Shown: positions 8,306 through 18,124, numbered from the stretch's first letter. The stretch is DNA of 64,000 nucleotides from a virus (IMGVR_UViG_3300045977_000087), one strand, 5' to 3'. Notes: generated by a model from the letters alone, not told the origin. Program-made: numbers and translations.

Positions 8306-10723
8306 TTACTTTTTAGGTGGTTTGGCCTTTGTATTAAGCTCTTTATCCTTGAGCATGTTCTTCTCTTTATCATCTTGTATCTTGTGGTCAAGTTCCCTGC
8401 TTTCAAGGGCTAACTTACCTCTCTTAATCTCAGCATCAACACCATACTTAGCTACCTCAAGGACATCAGGGATTCTGTCATTGTCCTGGTCTTTGTTAGG
8501 GTCAAATCCCATAGAGAGAATAGTCTGTTTCTGAATTTGAGTTTCTCTGTCCTCTTCAGCTTCCACTCTAATCTTATTGATTTCATGTGCCCATTTCTCT
8601 CTTTCAAAGTTTCTGGCTTTCTCATTTTCTTCACCTTTAGCTTTCTCCATAGCCATAGCCTGTTGTTGGTTCTTCTCATTTCTTGTCTGTTCTGCAAGAA
8701 CAAGTGCTTCTTCAGCTTCTTGTAAAGTATCTTTTCTAAGTACTTTAAGAACATCAGAAAGCTCTGCTTTTTGAGTCTGCATTGCAGCATGAGTAAGAGT
8801 TTTGATAGTCTCTCTGATTTCTTCTGACATAGAGCTGTCTTCAACATATAGAGCAAATGTAGTTTCTTCTAAGAGGTTAACATCAACCTTAAGCATCTCA
8901 AGAGACATATCATCAAGCACATTGGTAATGTACTCTTTTTTACCTCTTGCATAGGCTATCCTTGCCAAGTCCACAAATCTTTGAAGTACATTTCTTTTAA
9001 CAAGATTATGCAAGTCAAAGTATGGCTCAAGCATATAGGAAGTCTGAACTAAGTTTTGTTGGTTGTTTGCTACTCTTTCACTTACTGAGGTTTGTCCAAG
9101 TACAGGGTCTGTAACCCCTACTGATTTACCACATTTTTGTTCAAGATAGTTTGCAAGTTCTATATATCTGTTGATGTCAGATACTAAGGAGAGGTCAAGA
9201 GTTTTGGCAATTGTGTTCACATCATTCTGATTCATTCCTTCTTCATCAGGATTGTACCACATGAAAGGTGTGGACTCAAAGAAGTACTGCCATTTCTCAA
9301 TGCTCATACCAGCACTCTCTGGAATGGCATTAATATTCATCAAGATTTTTTTACCTTTATCAGAGGCTAATAAAAGCTCAAGTCTGTACATTACAATGTT
9401 GTGATAGTACTGATAGACTTTCATTCTGTCCATAGGACAAGTAGGACCTGAGTTTGTAGCATCATAGATTGCTCCTATGTATGGTAGCTTAGCATTGTAC
9501 AGGGTATCCTGGTCTCTAAGTTGGCCTTCTACAGCACCCATATTTTTGTGTATGTCCTCTCCAATTACCCAGGTTTCATGTACCTCTGAAATCCATTCCC
9601 AACTTACAGCCACATCTCCAATCTCAGGGTCAAGTTTGTAGGTTTCATCTACAAGCATATCTGTCTGAAGTTGACCTTCCTCATCAATATAGTCAAGCCA
9701 ACCAATTTTCTTTGGGGTTTTGAATACCACATGAAATACAGGTACTGTGTTCTGTTCATCAGAGCTGTCTATGTTTGGACCAAACTCAAATGCATTAGCA
9801 TAGTTTGTAGCATAGGTAGCTGAAGCATGCAGCTTCCAAATCTGGTCAATCTCTTTATCTGTAAGCTCAAAAGAGTTGAGAACCTCAGCAGGATGCATTC
9901 TGTATTCACATACTGCCCATGCACCATCCTCAATAAAACCTGATTCAGGGCTTCTGTCACAGTTGAATCTGAGTGGGTTGATGACCTTTAGAATTGGTTC
10001 ATCTTTAATTATCCCTATCCAATATACCTCATAGGCAGACAGCATAGCATGTTTCCAACCTTGATTGAACTTAGCTCTGACATCTTGTCTTTTAATTACA
10101 TGATTTAGGATTTGTTGACCTTGTACCTCAGCTGGGTCTCTGTGGTCTCTCTGCATATATTGCTTAACCTTCTCTGGAGTTTTGGCAGCTACTTCCTCTG
10201 CCATCTGTGCCTGCAATCCTTCTCTTTCTTCAGCAGTAAGTTGTCTTCCTTTGGCCTCTGCCATATACTTGGCTTCAACCTCCTGTTTAATTGGAAGCAT
10301 AATTGCATCAACCACATACTGTCTTATCCTGTTTGCATTCTCATCCATCTTTCTGTTAGAGGCCTCCCTGTTTGTGGCAACTAATCTGTAGCCAAAAGGT
10401 CTCTTCATTTCCATCCCTAAGAGTGCTTTGATTCTATAGGAACTGATATCCCTATTTGCCATCTGTGCAGGAAGCTCTCCTTCCTCTGAACCATAGGGTG
10501 TAGTAACATAGGCAAAGTCCTCTAAGTTTACTATATTATTATAAAGGTCATAATTAACCTTCATCCTATGGTGTTCTGATACTCCCCCATAACCAACATA
10601 ATTTCTGGACTCTGCTATAAAAGCCCTTGCCTTGTCCTTATACCACTGAAAGTCCTTTGACTCCCTTTGTCTTTGGGAGAGTCTTTCAGTATTAAACAAG
10701 GTATTTGTGGTAGTACCTTCCAT
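8306..10723 (-). CDS. Putative portal protein
   Basis: 805-aa ORF directly downstream of TerL. It has a long K/E-rich coiled-coil C-terminal tail. Assignment rests on position and size. Confidence 0.55.
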   Translation of the reverse strand: MEGTTTNTLFNTERLSQRQRESKDFQWYKDKARAFIAESRNYVGYGGVSEHHRMKVNYDLYNNIVNLEDFAYVTTPYGSEEGELPAQMANRDISSYRIKALLGMEMKRPFGYRLVATNREASNRKMDENANRIRQYVVDAIMLPIKQEVEAKYMAEAKGRQLTAEEREGLQAQMAEEVAAKTPEKVKQYMQRDHRDPAEVQGQQILNHVIKRQDVRAKFNQGWKHAMLSAYEVYWIGIIKDEPILKVINPLRFNCDRSPESGFIEDGAWAVCEYRMHPAEVLNSFELTDKEIDQIWKLHASATYATNYANAFEFGPNIDSSDEQNTVPVFHVVFKTPKKIGWLDYIDEEGQLQTDMLVDETYKLDPEIGDVAVSWEWISEVHETWVIGEDIHKNMGAVEGQLRDQDTLYNAKLPYIGAIYDATNSGPTCPMDRMKVYQYYHNIVMYRLELLLASDKGKKILMNINAIPESAGMSIEKWQYFFESTPFMWYNPDEEGMNQNDVNTIAKTLDLSLVSDINRYIELANYLEQKCGKSVGVTDPVLGQTSVSERVANNQQNLVQTSYMLEPYFDLHNLVKRNVLQRFVDLARIAYARGKKEYITNVLDDMSLEMLKVDVNLLEETTFALYVEDSSMSEEIRETIKTLTHAAMQTQKAELSDVLKVLRKDTLQEAEEALVLAEQTRNEKNQQQAMAMEKAKGEENEKARNFEREKWAHEINKIRVEAEEDRETQIQKQTILSMGFDPNKDQDNDRIPDVLEVAKYGVDAEIKRGKLALESRELDHKIQDDKEKNMLKDKELNTKAKPPKK

Positions 10724-10773
10724 GGTCTTAAATTTAAAGTTTAAACATTACTACAAAAGTAGCGAAATTATTC

Positions 10774-12960
10774 TTATCTCATAGAAGGCTTGGGCCTGTT
10801 CTTCACAAACATATTAGGAACACTGTCAACAAGCCTTTTAACTTTATCATTTTTAGAGGATGAAGGGTTGTATGTTTTATCTACCATATCTTCCTGGTCT
10901 TGGAACATCACCTGCATCATGGCCATAATCCTGTCAAAGTTACCTTTTCTGTTATACTTTAAGAACTCTTCTAAGAGGCCAATGTCATAGATTTCATCTA
11001 AGCATCTGATAGGATTACCATCTTCATCATAGTCAACTACCTCAAGGAGCCAGGACTTCAAGTACTTTTCACCTGCATCTTTAAGCAGGTCTATCATGTG
11101 GCATCCATAGATTCTATTAACCTTACTATTCTTCACATTCTTCTTAATAACCTCATCAGGCTGATAAGCCAGGAAGTGAAGCTGCTTTCTTCTTCTGAAG
11201 TAATCCTTAACATGGGTTACCTCATTCTCATGCATAATGGTTGTGTTGTATAACTCTGCAAAAAGCCTTGCAATATAGTTCACATCATCAGCCTCATTAG
11301 GCCTTCCAATATACTGGGCAACTATTATCTTCTTAGTTCTCTCACCAATGATGACAGTCTTATAGACATAGATTGCAGCAAGGGATGTCCCTTGTGCCTG
11401 TCTATATGGGTCATAACCAATCTTGTATGCACCCCTCTGAGGCATCTCTGCTGGGTATTCATATATAACAGGGCAACCTTCAAGTGTTGCATTGGTAGGT
11501 TTGTAACTATAGATAACATTAGCAGACCCATCCAGGATAGGTTCTGCCACAACTTTATGTTTCTCATAATCATAAAATAATTTGACAGGTGTACCTTTTA
11601 CTAGATGTAGGTGCTTAGCCCTAACTATATCAAGCTGTCTTTGTATTTCAACTGTTGGAAAGTTATTACCTGAAACTGAGCCAAAGGCTTCTCTTGGGGT
11701 AAGTGGTCTTTCCTGTATCTTTCTCTGCATGTCAGTAGAAGTGGCCCCATTATCAACAAGTATCTTTCTTTTAGCAAGTGTTGATTTCTTGGCAGCTTCT
11801 ATATCTGAGTTACCTTGGGCATCATAGAACCCCTCAAGGTTCCATGTAATAGGGTGGAAGAAACCACAGAAACTGTCCTCTGAGTCCTCATCCCAAACAT
11901 TGTTAAATGGCAACATATTAAACCTTAATGGATTGGAGTGTATCTCTGCATAATCTGCAGTTCCTCCTTCCATATCCCCTGATGTACCAAACATGGTGAT
12001 TAAGCCTGTCTTAATCTCCCCAGCCATTACACAATCCTCAGTTGCAGTCAATACATCAATTAGTAAGCCAGGAGTACCAAATGCCCCTGATTCCTCTATG
12101 ATTACATCCCTTGCATCTTTCCCCCTTGCAGCATTAGGATTATCCTTGAAGGTAAGTGCCATCATCTCAGATAAGAAACCTACCTCAATCTTAACCCCAT
12201 TTCTGTACTCAATAGATGATGCCTTAACGTGGTCCATTTTATCCACCACATCCTTAGGATAAACCCAGGCTGTATTGGCATTGATAAAGTTCAGGTAAGC
12301 TATGGCCATAGAAAAAATACCTTTGGGGTAAAGGTATTTCTTCTCATAGGCCCCAAAGATAGTAAGGGCATTAGGGTAACAAAGGTAATTCTTAACTGCA
12401 ATTGCAGCATTCTTATATGAGTATCCTTTTCTTCGTGATTTACCTACAACTAAATTATATCCACCAAGTAGATAGTCAGGCTCTATCCTTATCTCAAGGT
12501 GGAGGCCTGCCAGTAGTTTTGTTAGTGCCTCCTTATGTCTGTTGGCTTCCTCAAGGGTTAAGTGTTCAAGCCTGAAATCTTCTATGAACTCGGTATCAGG
12601 CAAGGAGTCTAGTAAGCCATTTAAGGCTATTTCCCTTGCCCAATAATAGTTATAATCTCCATCCCAAAAGTCAGGGAAACCCTTAACTTTAGGGGCTTTC
12701 TTAAGTGTGGTGTCTTCTACCTTCAAGATAGGACAGAAGTTTAAGTAAAAATAATGGTCTCCAGTTATCTTTACTCCACCCACAGTATATCCATCTATGC
12801 ATCTTCTTCTCTGTTCCTGCCAATATGCAAACCAGTCAGGACTACCCCAAGGGTCAGTACAATAAGTACCATACTTGGTAAACCTGATAGCTTCCTCCCT
12901 GAAATAGGTGGTGTTAATCCATATTCCATCTGGGTTCCTAACTGAATTTAACTGGCTCAT
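10774..12960 (-). CDS. terL: Terminase large subunit (putative)
   Basis: 728-aa ORF at the head of the late operon, directly upstream of the portal. Has a GKS-containing segment (VVGKSRRKG) and a hhhhEE segment (DVIIEESG). Confidence 0.55.
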   Translation of the reverse strand: MSQLNSVRNPDGIWINTTYFREEAIRFTKYGTYCTDPWGSPDWFAYWQEQRRRCIDGYTVGGVKITGDHYFYLNFCPILKVEDTTLKKAPKVKGFPDFWDGDYNYYWAREIALNGLLDSLPDTEFIEDFRLEHLTLEEANRHKEALTKLLAGLHLEIRIEPDYLLGGYNLVVGKSRRKGYSYKNAAIAVKNYLCYPNALTIFGAYEKKYLYPKGIFSMAIAYLNFINANTAWVYPKDVVDKMDHVKASSIEYRNGVKIEVGFLSEMMALTFKDNPNAARGKDARDVIIEESGAFGTPGLLIDVLTATEDCVMAGEIKTGLITMFGTSGDMEGGTADYAEIHSNPLRFNMLPFNNVWDEDSEDSFCGFFHPITWNLEGFYDAQGNSDIEAAKKSTLAKRKILVDNGATSTDMQRKIQERPLTPREAFGSVSGNNFPTVEIQRQLDIVRAKHLHLVKGTPVKLFYDYEKHKVVAEPILDGSANVIYSYKPTNATLEGCPVIYEYPAEMPQRGAYKIGYDPYRQAQGTSLAAIYVYKTVIIGERTKKIIVAQYIGRPNEADDVNYIARLFAELYNTTIMHENEVTHVKDYFRRRKQLHFLAYQPDEVIKKNVKNSKVNRIYGCHMIDLLKDAGEKYLKSWLLEVVDYDEDGNPIRCLDEIYDIGLLEEFLKYNRKGNFDRIMAMMQVMFQDQEDMVDKTYNPSSSKNDKVKRLVDSVPNMFVKNRPKPSMR

Positions 12961-13526
12961 AAGGTGTTTGGATTAGCAAAAGGGCTGACTGTTTTCTGTC
13001 CTTTATTCTTTACAGTTTCAAATATCTCATTGTCAACTTTCTCCTTTAGGTTATCCAGGTTCTCAAGTACCTTAGCAGTATCATTGAGTGAAGAGGTAAT
13101 ATCTCTTGGTTTATACAGAGGATTACCTGTCTTAGGATTCATCCTGCTTAAGTCAAAACTTTTGAAGAATTTCTTCATCCTCTCAGCAGCTTCTCTTGCA
13201 GCAATGTAGTATGAGTAGGTCACTGAGGCTTCTGTCTGAAACTCCTCAAGCTTGGCAATGCCTTGCATAATAATAGGGTCAGGTTCCCAATTACTTCTTG
13301 TAATAACATCCCTGATTATCTTATCTTTTCTCACATCAGGGGCATACCCTGAGTAAGGATTGGTCTTCTTCATAGAGCCCATAAACTCTATGTAACTGAA
13401 GTCCTCAATAGCATAGCTTTTGTCTGGAGATTCATCCCTTTCCCAGATTAAGGAAAAGGGATAAATAAGCAGAACTTCAGTCTTAGGACTGACAACTTTC
13501 CCCTCTATTTCAAATAATAGGCTCAT
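12957..13526 (-). CDS. Hypothetical protein (possible small terminase subunit by position)
   Basis: 189-aa ORF whose stop overlaps the TerL start (ATGA-type coupling). Confidence 0.3.
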   Translation of the reverse strand: MSLLFEIEGKVVSPKTEVLLIYPFSLIWERDESPDKSYAIEDFSYIEFMGSMKKTNPYSGYAPDVRKDKIIRDVITRSNWEPDPIIMQGIAKLEEFQTEASVTYSYYIAAREAAERMKKFFKSFDLSRMNPKTGNPLYKPRDITSSLNDTAKVLENLDNLKEKVDNEIFETVKNKGQKTVSPFANPNTL

Positions 13527-13528
13527 AA

Positions 13529-13801
13529 TTAAAAAAGGTTTTCCATTGCAAAGTTAATCTTTTCCAGGATTTGGTCTTTAGTAAGAGGGGAAAAGTATAT
13601 GTCTGAAGGGGTATGAATACCTGAGTAAACATTCTCTCCATCCATGCTTTCTTCAGGGGATATTGCACATATGTCAAAGAATACCATATCCCTGATTGTA
13701 CATACCTTACAGAAGTTAAATGCAAACTCTTCTGAATCCAGCTTTCTTGTTGCATCATTCTCAAAGAATATAGGCAACTCTATTGGGTGTTTAAGTACCA
13801 T
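13529..13801 (-). CDS. Hypothetical protein
   Basis: 90-aa ORF in a tightly coupled minus-strand operon. Confidence 0.4.
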   Translation of the reverse strand: MVLKHPIELPIFFENDATRKLDSEEFAFNFCKVCTIRDMVFFDICAISPEESMDGENVYSGIHTPSDIYFSPLTKDQILEKINFAMENLF

Positions 13802-13813
13802 TTTGTGTGGGTG

Positions 13814-14131
13814 TTAAGTTCTTATTTTTAATCCCTTTATAGCAAGCTGTTCTGTCTCCCCATTAGTATAATGGATATCTATCCTGCTATCTATTACCTG
13901 ATTACCTTGGATATGTGCTGGTATGTTTCCTGCTTTATAAGTCACAGTCAGTGTCTTTGTACTGCTGTCATACTTGAGGCTTGTACATCCACAGTATGCT
14001 TCCATCTCCTTGATTTCAGGCTGGTCAGGTAGTCCTTCAAAGGTAACTGTTTTGGAGTTACCTTGTTTGACATTGCCAAACCTAATCTCATTTTCTTTCC
14101 AGTAGCTCATGTTAAATAATTTTATGTTCAA
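13814..14131 (-). CDS. Hypothetical protein
   Basis: 105-aa ORF. Confidence 0.4.
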   Translation of the reverse strand: MNIKLFNMSYWKENEIRFGNVKQGNSKTVTFEGLPDQPEIKEMEAYCGCTSLKYDSSTKTLTVTYKAGNIPAHIQGNQVIDSRIDIHYTNGETEQLAIKGLKIRT

Positions 14132-14465
14132 TTCTCAGTTCAAACTCCCTTGGCTTGTCATGATTACGATATGTAAAAGTAATCCTGTTAGCCCTCTTAT
14201 AAAACTCCCATGCTGCAGCCTCCATCATTGTAGGGTAGCAAGGTTTAGGGCATCTGCCATTTGCCATCTGCTTCTGTGGTGTGGTACACCCACAAAGTTT
14301 ACAATATCCAAACTCAAGACAATCTGGGTCCATAACAAATAATCTATAACTAATTTGTTCATAGATATGCAATGGCATAAATCTGTTGAAATACTTATGG
14401 TAGTACAGAAAGTATCTCAAGTGTCCTGTGATATAATCCTTAATCTTCTTGATAGTCATAACCAA
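14112..14465 (-). CDS. Hypothetical Cys-rich protein (CKLCGCTT...CPKPC Zn-ribbon-like)
   Basis: 117-aa ORF with a four-Cys cluster. Confidence 0.4.
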   Translation of the reverse strand: MVMTIKKIKDYITGHLRYFLYYHKYFNRFMPLHIYEQISYRLFVMDPDCLEFGYCKLCGCTTPQKQMANGRCPKPCYPTMMEAAAWEFYKRANRITFTYRNHDKPREFELRIEHKII

Positions 14466-14763
14466 TCTTTTTAAAGTAGTTAATAATTCTTGTGGATTTT
14501 AAGTCATATTCTTCCTGTCCTATTCTGCCTTTGGCAAGGGCCTTCTTTAAGTTCTTGAGGACACCAACTGCCTTCTTTGGATAAACAAGAAAGTTACCAA
14601 AATACTTCAGCTTAATCACAGGGAATGTCCCTGACTCCATACTTTCCCTTGCCTTAAAGAAAGGAAATGAAGTAATCTCTTCAATTTGCCTTTCTGTTAA
14701 GCTAGGGTAAGATGCTTTGATTAGTTCAAAGAATTCATCCTGTAGATGCTGATTAGTTATCAT
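14440..14763 (-). CDS. Hypothetical protein
   Basis: 107-aa ORF. Confidence 0.4.
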   Translation of the reverse strand: MITNQHLQDEFFELIKASYPSLTERQIEEITSFPFFKARESMESGTFPVIKLKYFGNFLVYPKKAVGVLKNLKKALAKGRIGQEEYDLKSTRIINYFKKIGYDYQED

Positions 14764-15137
14764 AACTGTGGTTCCTTTTGTACAATCTTAAACTGGTAGA
14801 ACTGCTGTTTATCCTCAGGTATTAGAATTGGGGCTATAGTAAGAACACCATCTGTTTCCACTATGGCACCTTTAGCTTTTAGGGAAGCAAGGTAATTACA
14901 TAGTCCTCCATCAGACATCCTAAGCATAATCTTAACTTCCTTTCTGAAGGAAGTTCCAAATCTATCCCTGTCTGCCAACTCCCCCTTGAAGGACATAAAT
15001 GTGCCAAGCACCTCTCTCTCTTTAGGGGTGAGCTCTATAGGGAGGAAAGGGTTGATTATGTTCAGGTGATACCTGTAATATTCTACCCTTGTAAGCTCAG
15101 TAATTCCCTTCTGAATTAATTTCATTTTAGTATCCAT
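14760..15137 (-). CDS. Hypothetical protein
   Basis: 125-aa ORF. Its stop overlaps the start of the downstream gene by 4 nt. Confidence 0.45.
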   Translation of the reverse strand: MDTKMKLIQKGITELTRVEYYRYHLNIINPFLPIELTPKEREVLGTFMSFKGELADRDRFGTSFRKEVKIMLRMSDGGLCNYLASLKAKGAIVETDGVLTIAPILIPEDKQQFYQFKIVQKEPQL

Positions 15138-15139
15138 AT

Positions 15140-15418
15140 TTATTCAATTTCTAAATCCTTCTGCCCTGCCCTAAGGTAACCCTTCTTTGTTTCTACATTA
15201 TAAATGTAATCTCCTTCATCAGGATAGGCAGCTTTAGCTGCATTCCTAAACACCTCCATATCACTCCTTTCAACATCAGGATTAAGCTGATAGTAATTAT
15301 ACCCAGAGACAGCTAAAGCACCCTCCCTAAGTTCATTAATATATGCTCTCCTTATCTCCTTAGCTGTAAGTATTATATACTTAGAAAGGTTCTCATCAGA
15401 TACTAATGGTAAATCCAT
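15140..15418 (-). CDS. Hypothetical protein
   Basis: 92-aa ORF. Confidence 0.4.
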   Translation of the reverse strand: MDLPLVSDENLSKYIILTAKEIRRAYINELREGALAVSGYNYYQLNPDVERSDMEVFRNAAKAAYPDEGDYIYNVETKKGYLRAGQKDLEIE

Positions 15419-15549
15419 GACAGTAAGTATTAATGATTTCTATTACCCTTTCTTTGGGTGGGTTTGTTGTTACTCTTGGGGTTTCCTTTGTAAAGCCTTT
15501 TAGCTTTGGGCCCAGTTATGTCACATGCACATTTTTGCTTTTTCATGGC

Positions 15550-15855
15550 TTAAGTAATTAGTGTTCTTTGTAATCTCGTAACTTCATTAGTCTGGTCATC
15601 ATCCTTAACATCATAAGGCTGTTGAAGACCTAACATAAAATATCTGTAAACTTCCACATTGAATCTGTGGATAAGATAGGCCTCATGTAACTGTGGCCCC
15701 CTGTCAATCTTGGGTATGAGGTAATACACTTTGTTGTACCTCTTTCTAATAAGAGTCTGAAACTCTACATCCCCCTCTGCCATCTCCCTTCTCTTAATCT
15801 CAGGGTAGATAGGGAAATTCCTCTTTAAGTCCTGTGCTGTGTCCATAGCTCCCAA
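15550..15855 (-). CDS. Hypothetical protein (first gene of the minus-strand block)
   Basis: 101-aa ORF adjacent to the divergent intergenic region. Confidence 0.4.
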   Translation of the reverse strand: MGAMDTAQDLKRNFPIYPEIKRREMAEGDVEFQTLIRKRYNKVYYLIPKIDRGPQLHEAYLIHRFNVEVYRYFMLGLQQPYDVKDDDQTNEVTRLQRTLIT

Positions 15856-16115
15856 CCTTTAATATTAATATTAACAAAGTTAAAGAATTTAATTAAGGTT
15901 AGGGGGAAAATTTTTTTAAAATTTTGGTATGTGAACCCTATAAAATTTTTAAAAATTAATGTAAATGTGGACCATTATGAAAAACCCCCTAGCCAATCTT
16001 TAGCGAATACAATGCCCCCCCAGGCTTTGTAATCCAAAGGGGTCTCTTCCCAGCAATTTATTGTAGTGAGGCAACCCCTTTCTTGATGTAGAGTTTAATT
16101 CTAAATTTATATACT
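15856..16115. promoter_or_regulatory. Divergent intergenic/promoter region between the late (minus) and early (plus) modules
   Basis: 260-nt AT-rich non-coding stretch at the strand switch. Contains a degenerate (AAACCCCCTAGCCAATCT) and a full (GGCAACCCC, 16070) copy of the recurring motif. Confidence 0.5.
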
Positions 16116-16391
16116 ATGAAAACTTTAGCTGAAATCAAGAAAGAATTGGGTGTGGAAACTATCAACATGGATAGAGTTGTAACAGAGCAGGATGAACAAA
16201 CATCATGGCTCAAGGATTGGGACAATAATAACCGCGTTGCTATCCTCATGCATGAGGACACATACCAAGCAATCCTAGCAGACCCTGCTATTAGTACACT
16301 GGGAGTTCACTACCAGACTAAGAAAGGGGCTAATGGGAACTATGAGGCTAAGACCATAGTGATGTACAAGAAGGCAGAGTTCGTCTTGTAA
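16116..16391 (+). CDS. Small early protein, paralog 1 of 3 (MKTLAEIK... family)
   Basis: 91 aa. About 60-70% identical to the ORFs at 16974 and 17784. Has its own upstream motif and a downstream hairpin. Confidence 0.7.
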   Translation: MKTLAEIKKELGVETINMDRVVTEQDEQTSWLKDWDNNNRVAILMHEDTYQAILADPAISTLGVHYQTKKGANGNYEAKTIVMYKKAEFVL

Positions 16392-16483
16392 CTATGGGAA
16401 CAGGTTAGGACAGGCATTAAGCCTGTCCATGCTTACCTGTTAACTAAGTCTAATTAATTCGTAACAATTTAAATCTTTATATT

Positions 16484-16753
16484 ATGTATGCAACTGACAC
16501 TTTAATGACACTTCAACAAGTAATCAAATACAATTTATGGACTGATAAATCCTATTGTGAAGAGTGGATTGTGTTATTATCACCTGATGAAGAAACTGAA
16601 GTAATCATCAACAAGAATGATGTAGAAGAATTTCTTGCTACAGACTTCAGACAAGAAGAACCTGCATTTGGATACTACACCAGTATCATTAAGACATGTA
16701 TTCAACAACATAGAATAATCAGAATGTCTTCACTGCAGCACACTGCACTGTAA
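16484..16753 (+). CDS. Hypothetical protein
   Basis: 89-aa ORF, followed by a strong terminator. Confidence 0.45.
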   Translation: MYATDTLMTLQQVIKYNLWTDKSYCEEWIVLLSPDEETEVIINKNDVEEFLATDFRQEEPAFGYYTSIIKTCIQQHRIIRMSSLQHTAL

Positions 16754-16786
16754 CTAAGAGGAGCTAACAACTCCTCTTTATTTAAG

Positions 16787-16830
16787 CACATAGCTTAGGA
16801 TAACATCCTAGGCTATGTGTTCTTTTTTTT
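16787..16830 (+). terminator. Rho-independent terminator
   Basis: 13-bp stem cacatagcttagg/cctaggctatgtg, loop ataacat, then ttcttttttttcc. It is preceded by a second 8-bp hairpin at 16756-16778. Confidence 0.7.
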
Positions 16831-16920
16831 CCTAGAGATAAGAGAGATAGATTAAGTGTAAAAGAGGTAGAAGAAAGTGTACTTAATTCAACCCTAGTGT
16901 AAGTGCATAAAAAGATATTA

Positions 16921-16939
16921 GGGCAACCCCCTATTTTAT
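16921..16939 (+). promoter_or_regulatory. Conserved promoter-like motif GGGCAACCCCCTATTTTAT
   Basis: Copy of the recurring motif, 53 nt upstream of the ATG at 16974. Confidence 0.5.
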
Positions 16940-16973
16940 GCCTAGTAATCATAATCCTTAAATACATACAAAA

Positions 16974-17249
16974 ATGAAAACACTTGCAGAAATCAAAGCA
17001 GCTTTAGGAGTACAAACATTGAACTTTAACAGAGTAGTTACTGAGTCAGATGAGGAGACTAGTTGGTTAAAGGATTGGAATAATGATAGCAGGGTAGCTA
17101 TCCTTATGCATGAAGATACCCTAAATGCCATTAAGGCAAATCCTGCCATAAATACCCTAGGTATTCATGAGCAGGTAAAGAAGGGAGCACAGGGAGATTA
17201 TACAGCTAAGACAATAGTTGTATATAAGCCAGCTGAGTTTGTGCTTTAA
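16974..17249 (+). CDS. Small early protein, paralog 2 of 3
   Basis: 91 aa, MKTLAEIKAALGV...KTIVVYKPAEFVL. Paralogous to the ORFs at 16116 and 17784. Confidence 0.7.
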   Translation: MKTLAEIKAALGVQTLNFNRVVTESDEETSWLKDWNNDSRVAILMHEDTLNAIKANPAINTLGIHEQVKKGAQGDYTAKTIVVYKPAEFVL

Positions 17250-17256
17250 TGAGTAC

Positions 17257-17300
17257 ACAACTATCACAGATATAATCTGTGGTAGTTGTTTCTTTTTTTT
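17257..17300 (+). terminator. Rho-independent terminator
   Basis: 13-bp stem acaactatcacag/ctgtggtagttgt, loop atataat, then a T-run. Confidence 0.7.
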
Positions 17301-17351
17301 CTCTTTTTCAAATAGTGCAATTAGTGTTAAAAATGTAAGTAATAGTGTACA

Positions 17352-17360
17352 GGCAACCCC
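17352..17360 (+). promoter_or_regulatory. GGCAACCCC motif copy (orphan, within a 537-nt non-coding spacer)
   Basis: The motif core is present but no ORF follows directly. Confidence 0.3.
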
Positions 17361-17723
17361 TTCATATGCTTCTATAACCTGTAATACCTATTCTTAATTG
17401 TTAAATTAGTTAAATAAATTGTTTATATAGTGGTGTTCATATTACCTTTGGAAAAGGGTAATGTGAATAGCAACCCTGTAAAGTTGGGAGGGGGGTGTGT
17501 GAGGGGGGAACCCTTAGATTCAAAAGACATTTTATTCTTACAAATGCGTGAATCTTTTGTATTAAATATGTGCTAACTAACTACCTATGTTAATTGGCAC
17601 ATTTTTATTTACCCCAAATTCTAATAGATTATTTGCTAATAGCCTTTTATTCCAATTACCCCAATTAACCCCAATTATTTCAGTAGTTTTAAATACCTCA
17701 ATTACCTCAGTTAAAATCCCATG

Positions 17724-17743
17724 GGGCAACCCCCTATTTTATT
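17724..17743 (+). promoter_or_regulatory. Conserved promoter-like motif GGGGCAACCCCCTATTTTAT
   Basis: Lies 60 nt upstream of the paralog-3 start codon (17784). Confidence 0.5.
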
Positions 17744-17783
17744 TATAGTATCAATCATTAATCATTTAATACACACATTTATT

Positions 17784-18047
17784 ATGACACTAACAGAGAT
17801 TAAAGCAGAATTAGGAGTTTCAAATATTAATTTGAACAGAGTGGTAACAGAAGCTAATGAGGAAACTCAATGGTTTAAAGATTGGGATAATACAAATAGA
17901 GTAGCTATCCTAATCCATGAAGATACCTTAGCTCAAGTTAAGGATTCTACTACTCTTGGTATTCATGTACAAGAGAAGAAAGGTGCTCAAGGTAATTATA
18001 CTGCAAAAACTATTGTAGTTTATAAGCCAGCAGAATTTGTTCTGTAA
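17784..18047 (+). CDS. Small early protein, paralog 3 of 3
   Basis: Start chosen at an internal Met (MTLTEIKAELGV...) so that it aligns with paralogs 1 and 2. The track's upstream ATG at 17721 sits inside the promoter motif. Confidence 0.65.
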   Translation: MTLTEIKAELGVSNINLNRVVTEANEETQWFKDWDNTNRVAILIHEDTLAQVKDSTTLGIHVQEKKGAQGNYTAKTIVVYKPAEFVL

Positions 18048-18056
18048 TTGCACACA

Positions 18057-18105
18057 ACACATATGGGAGTTATTCAGCTCTCATATGTGTTTTTCTTTTT
18101 TCTAA
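18057..18105 (+). terminator. Rho-independent terminator
   Basis: 13-bp stem acacatatgggag/ctctcatatgtgt, loop ttattcag, then ttttctttttt. Confidence 0.7.
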
Positions 18106-18124
18106 TTATTATACCTATTTTTAT

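Noticed and set aside
8452-8856. Alternative-frame ORFs inside the portal and TerL genes (8452-8856, 8537-8774, 9769-9960, 10112-10391, 11325-12420, 12754-12945)
   Set aside because: Out-of-frame or antisense overlaps within long conserved-looking coding regions. The K/R-rich or Leu-rich composition is a typical artefact of AT-rich sequence.
17721-17783. Upstream ATG (17721) of paralog 3 given by the ORF track
   Set aside because: That ATG lies inside the conserved GGGGCAACCCCC promoter-like motif. Alignment with paralogs 1 and 2 places the start at the internal Met (17784).
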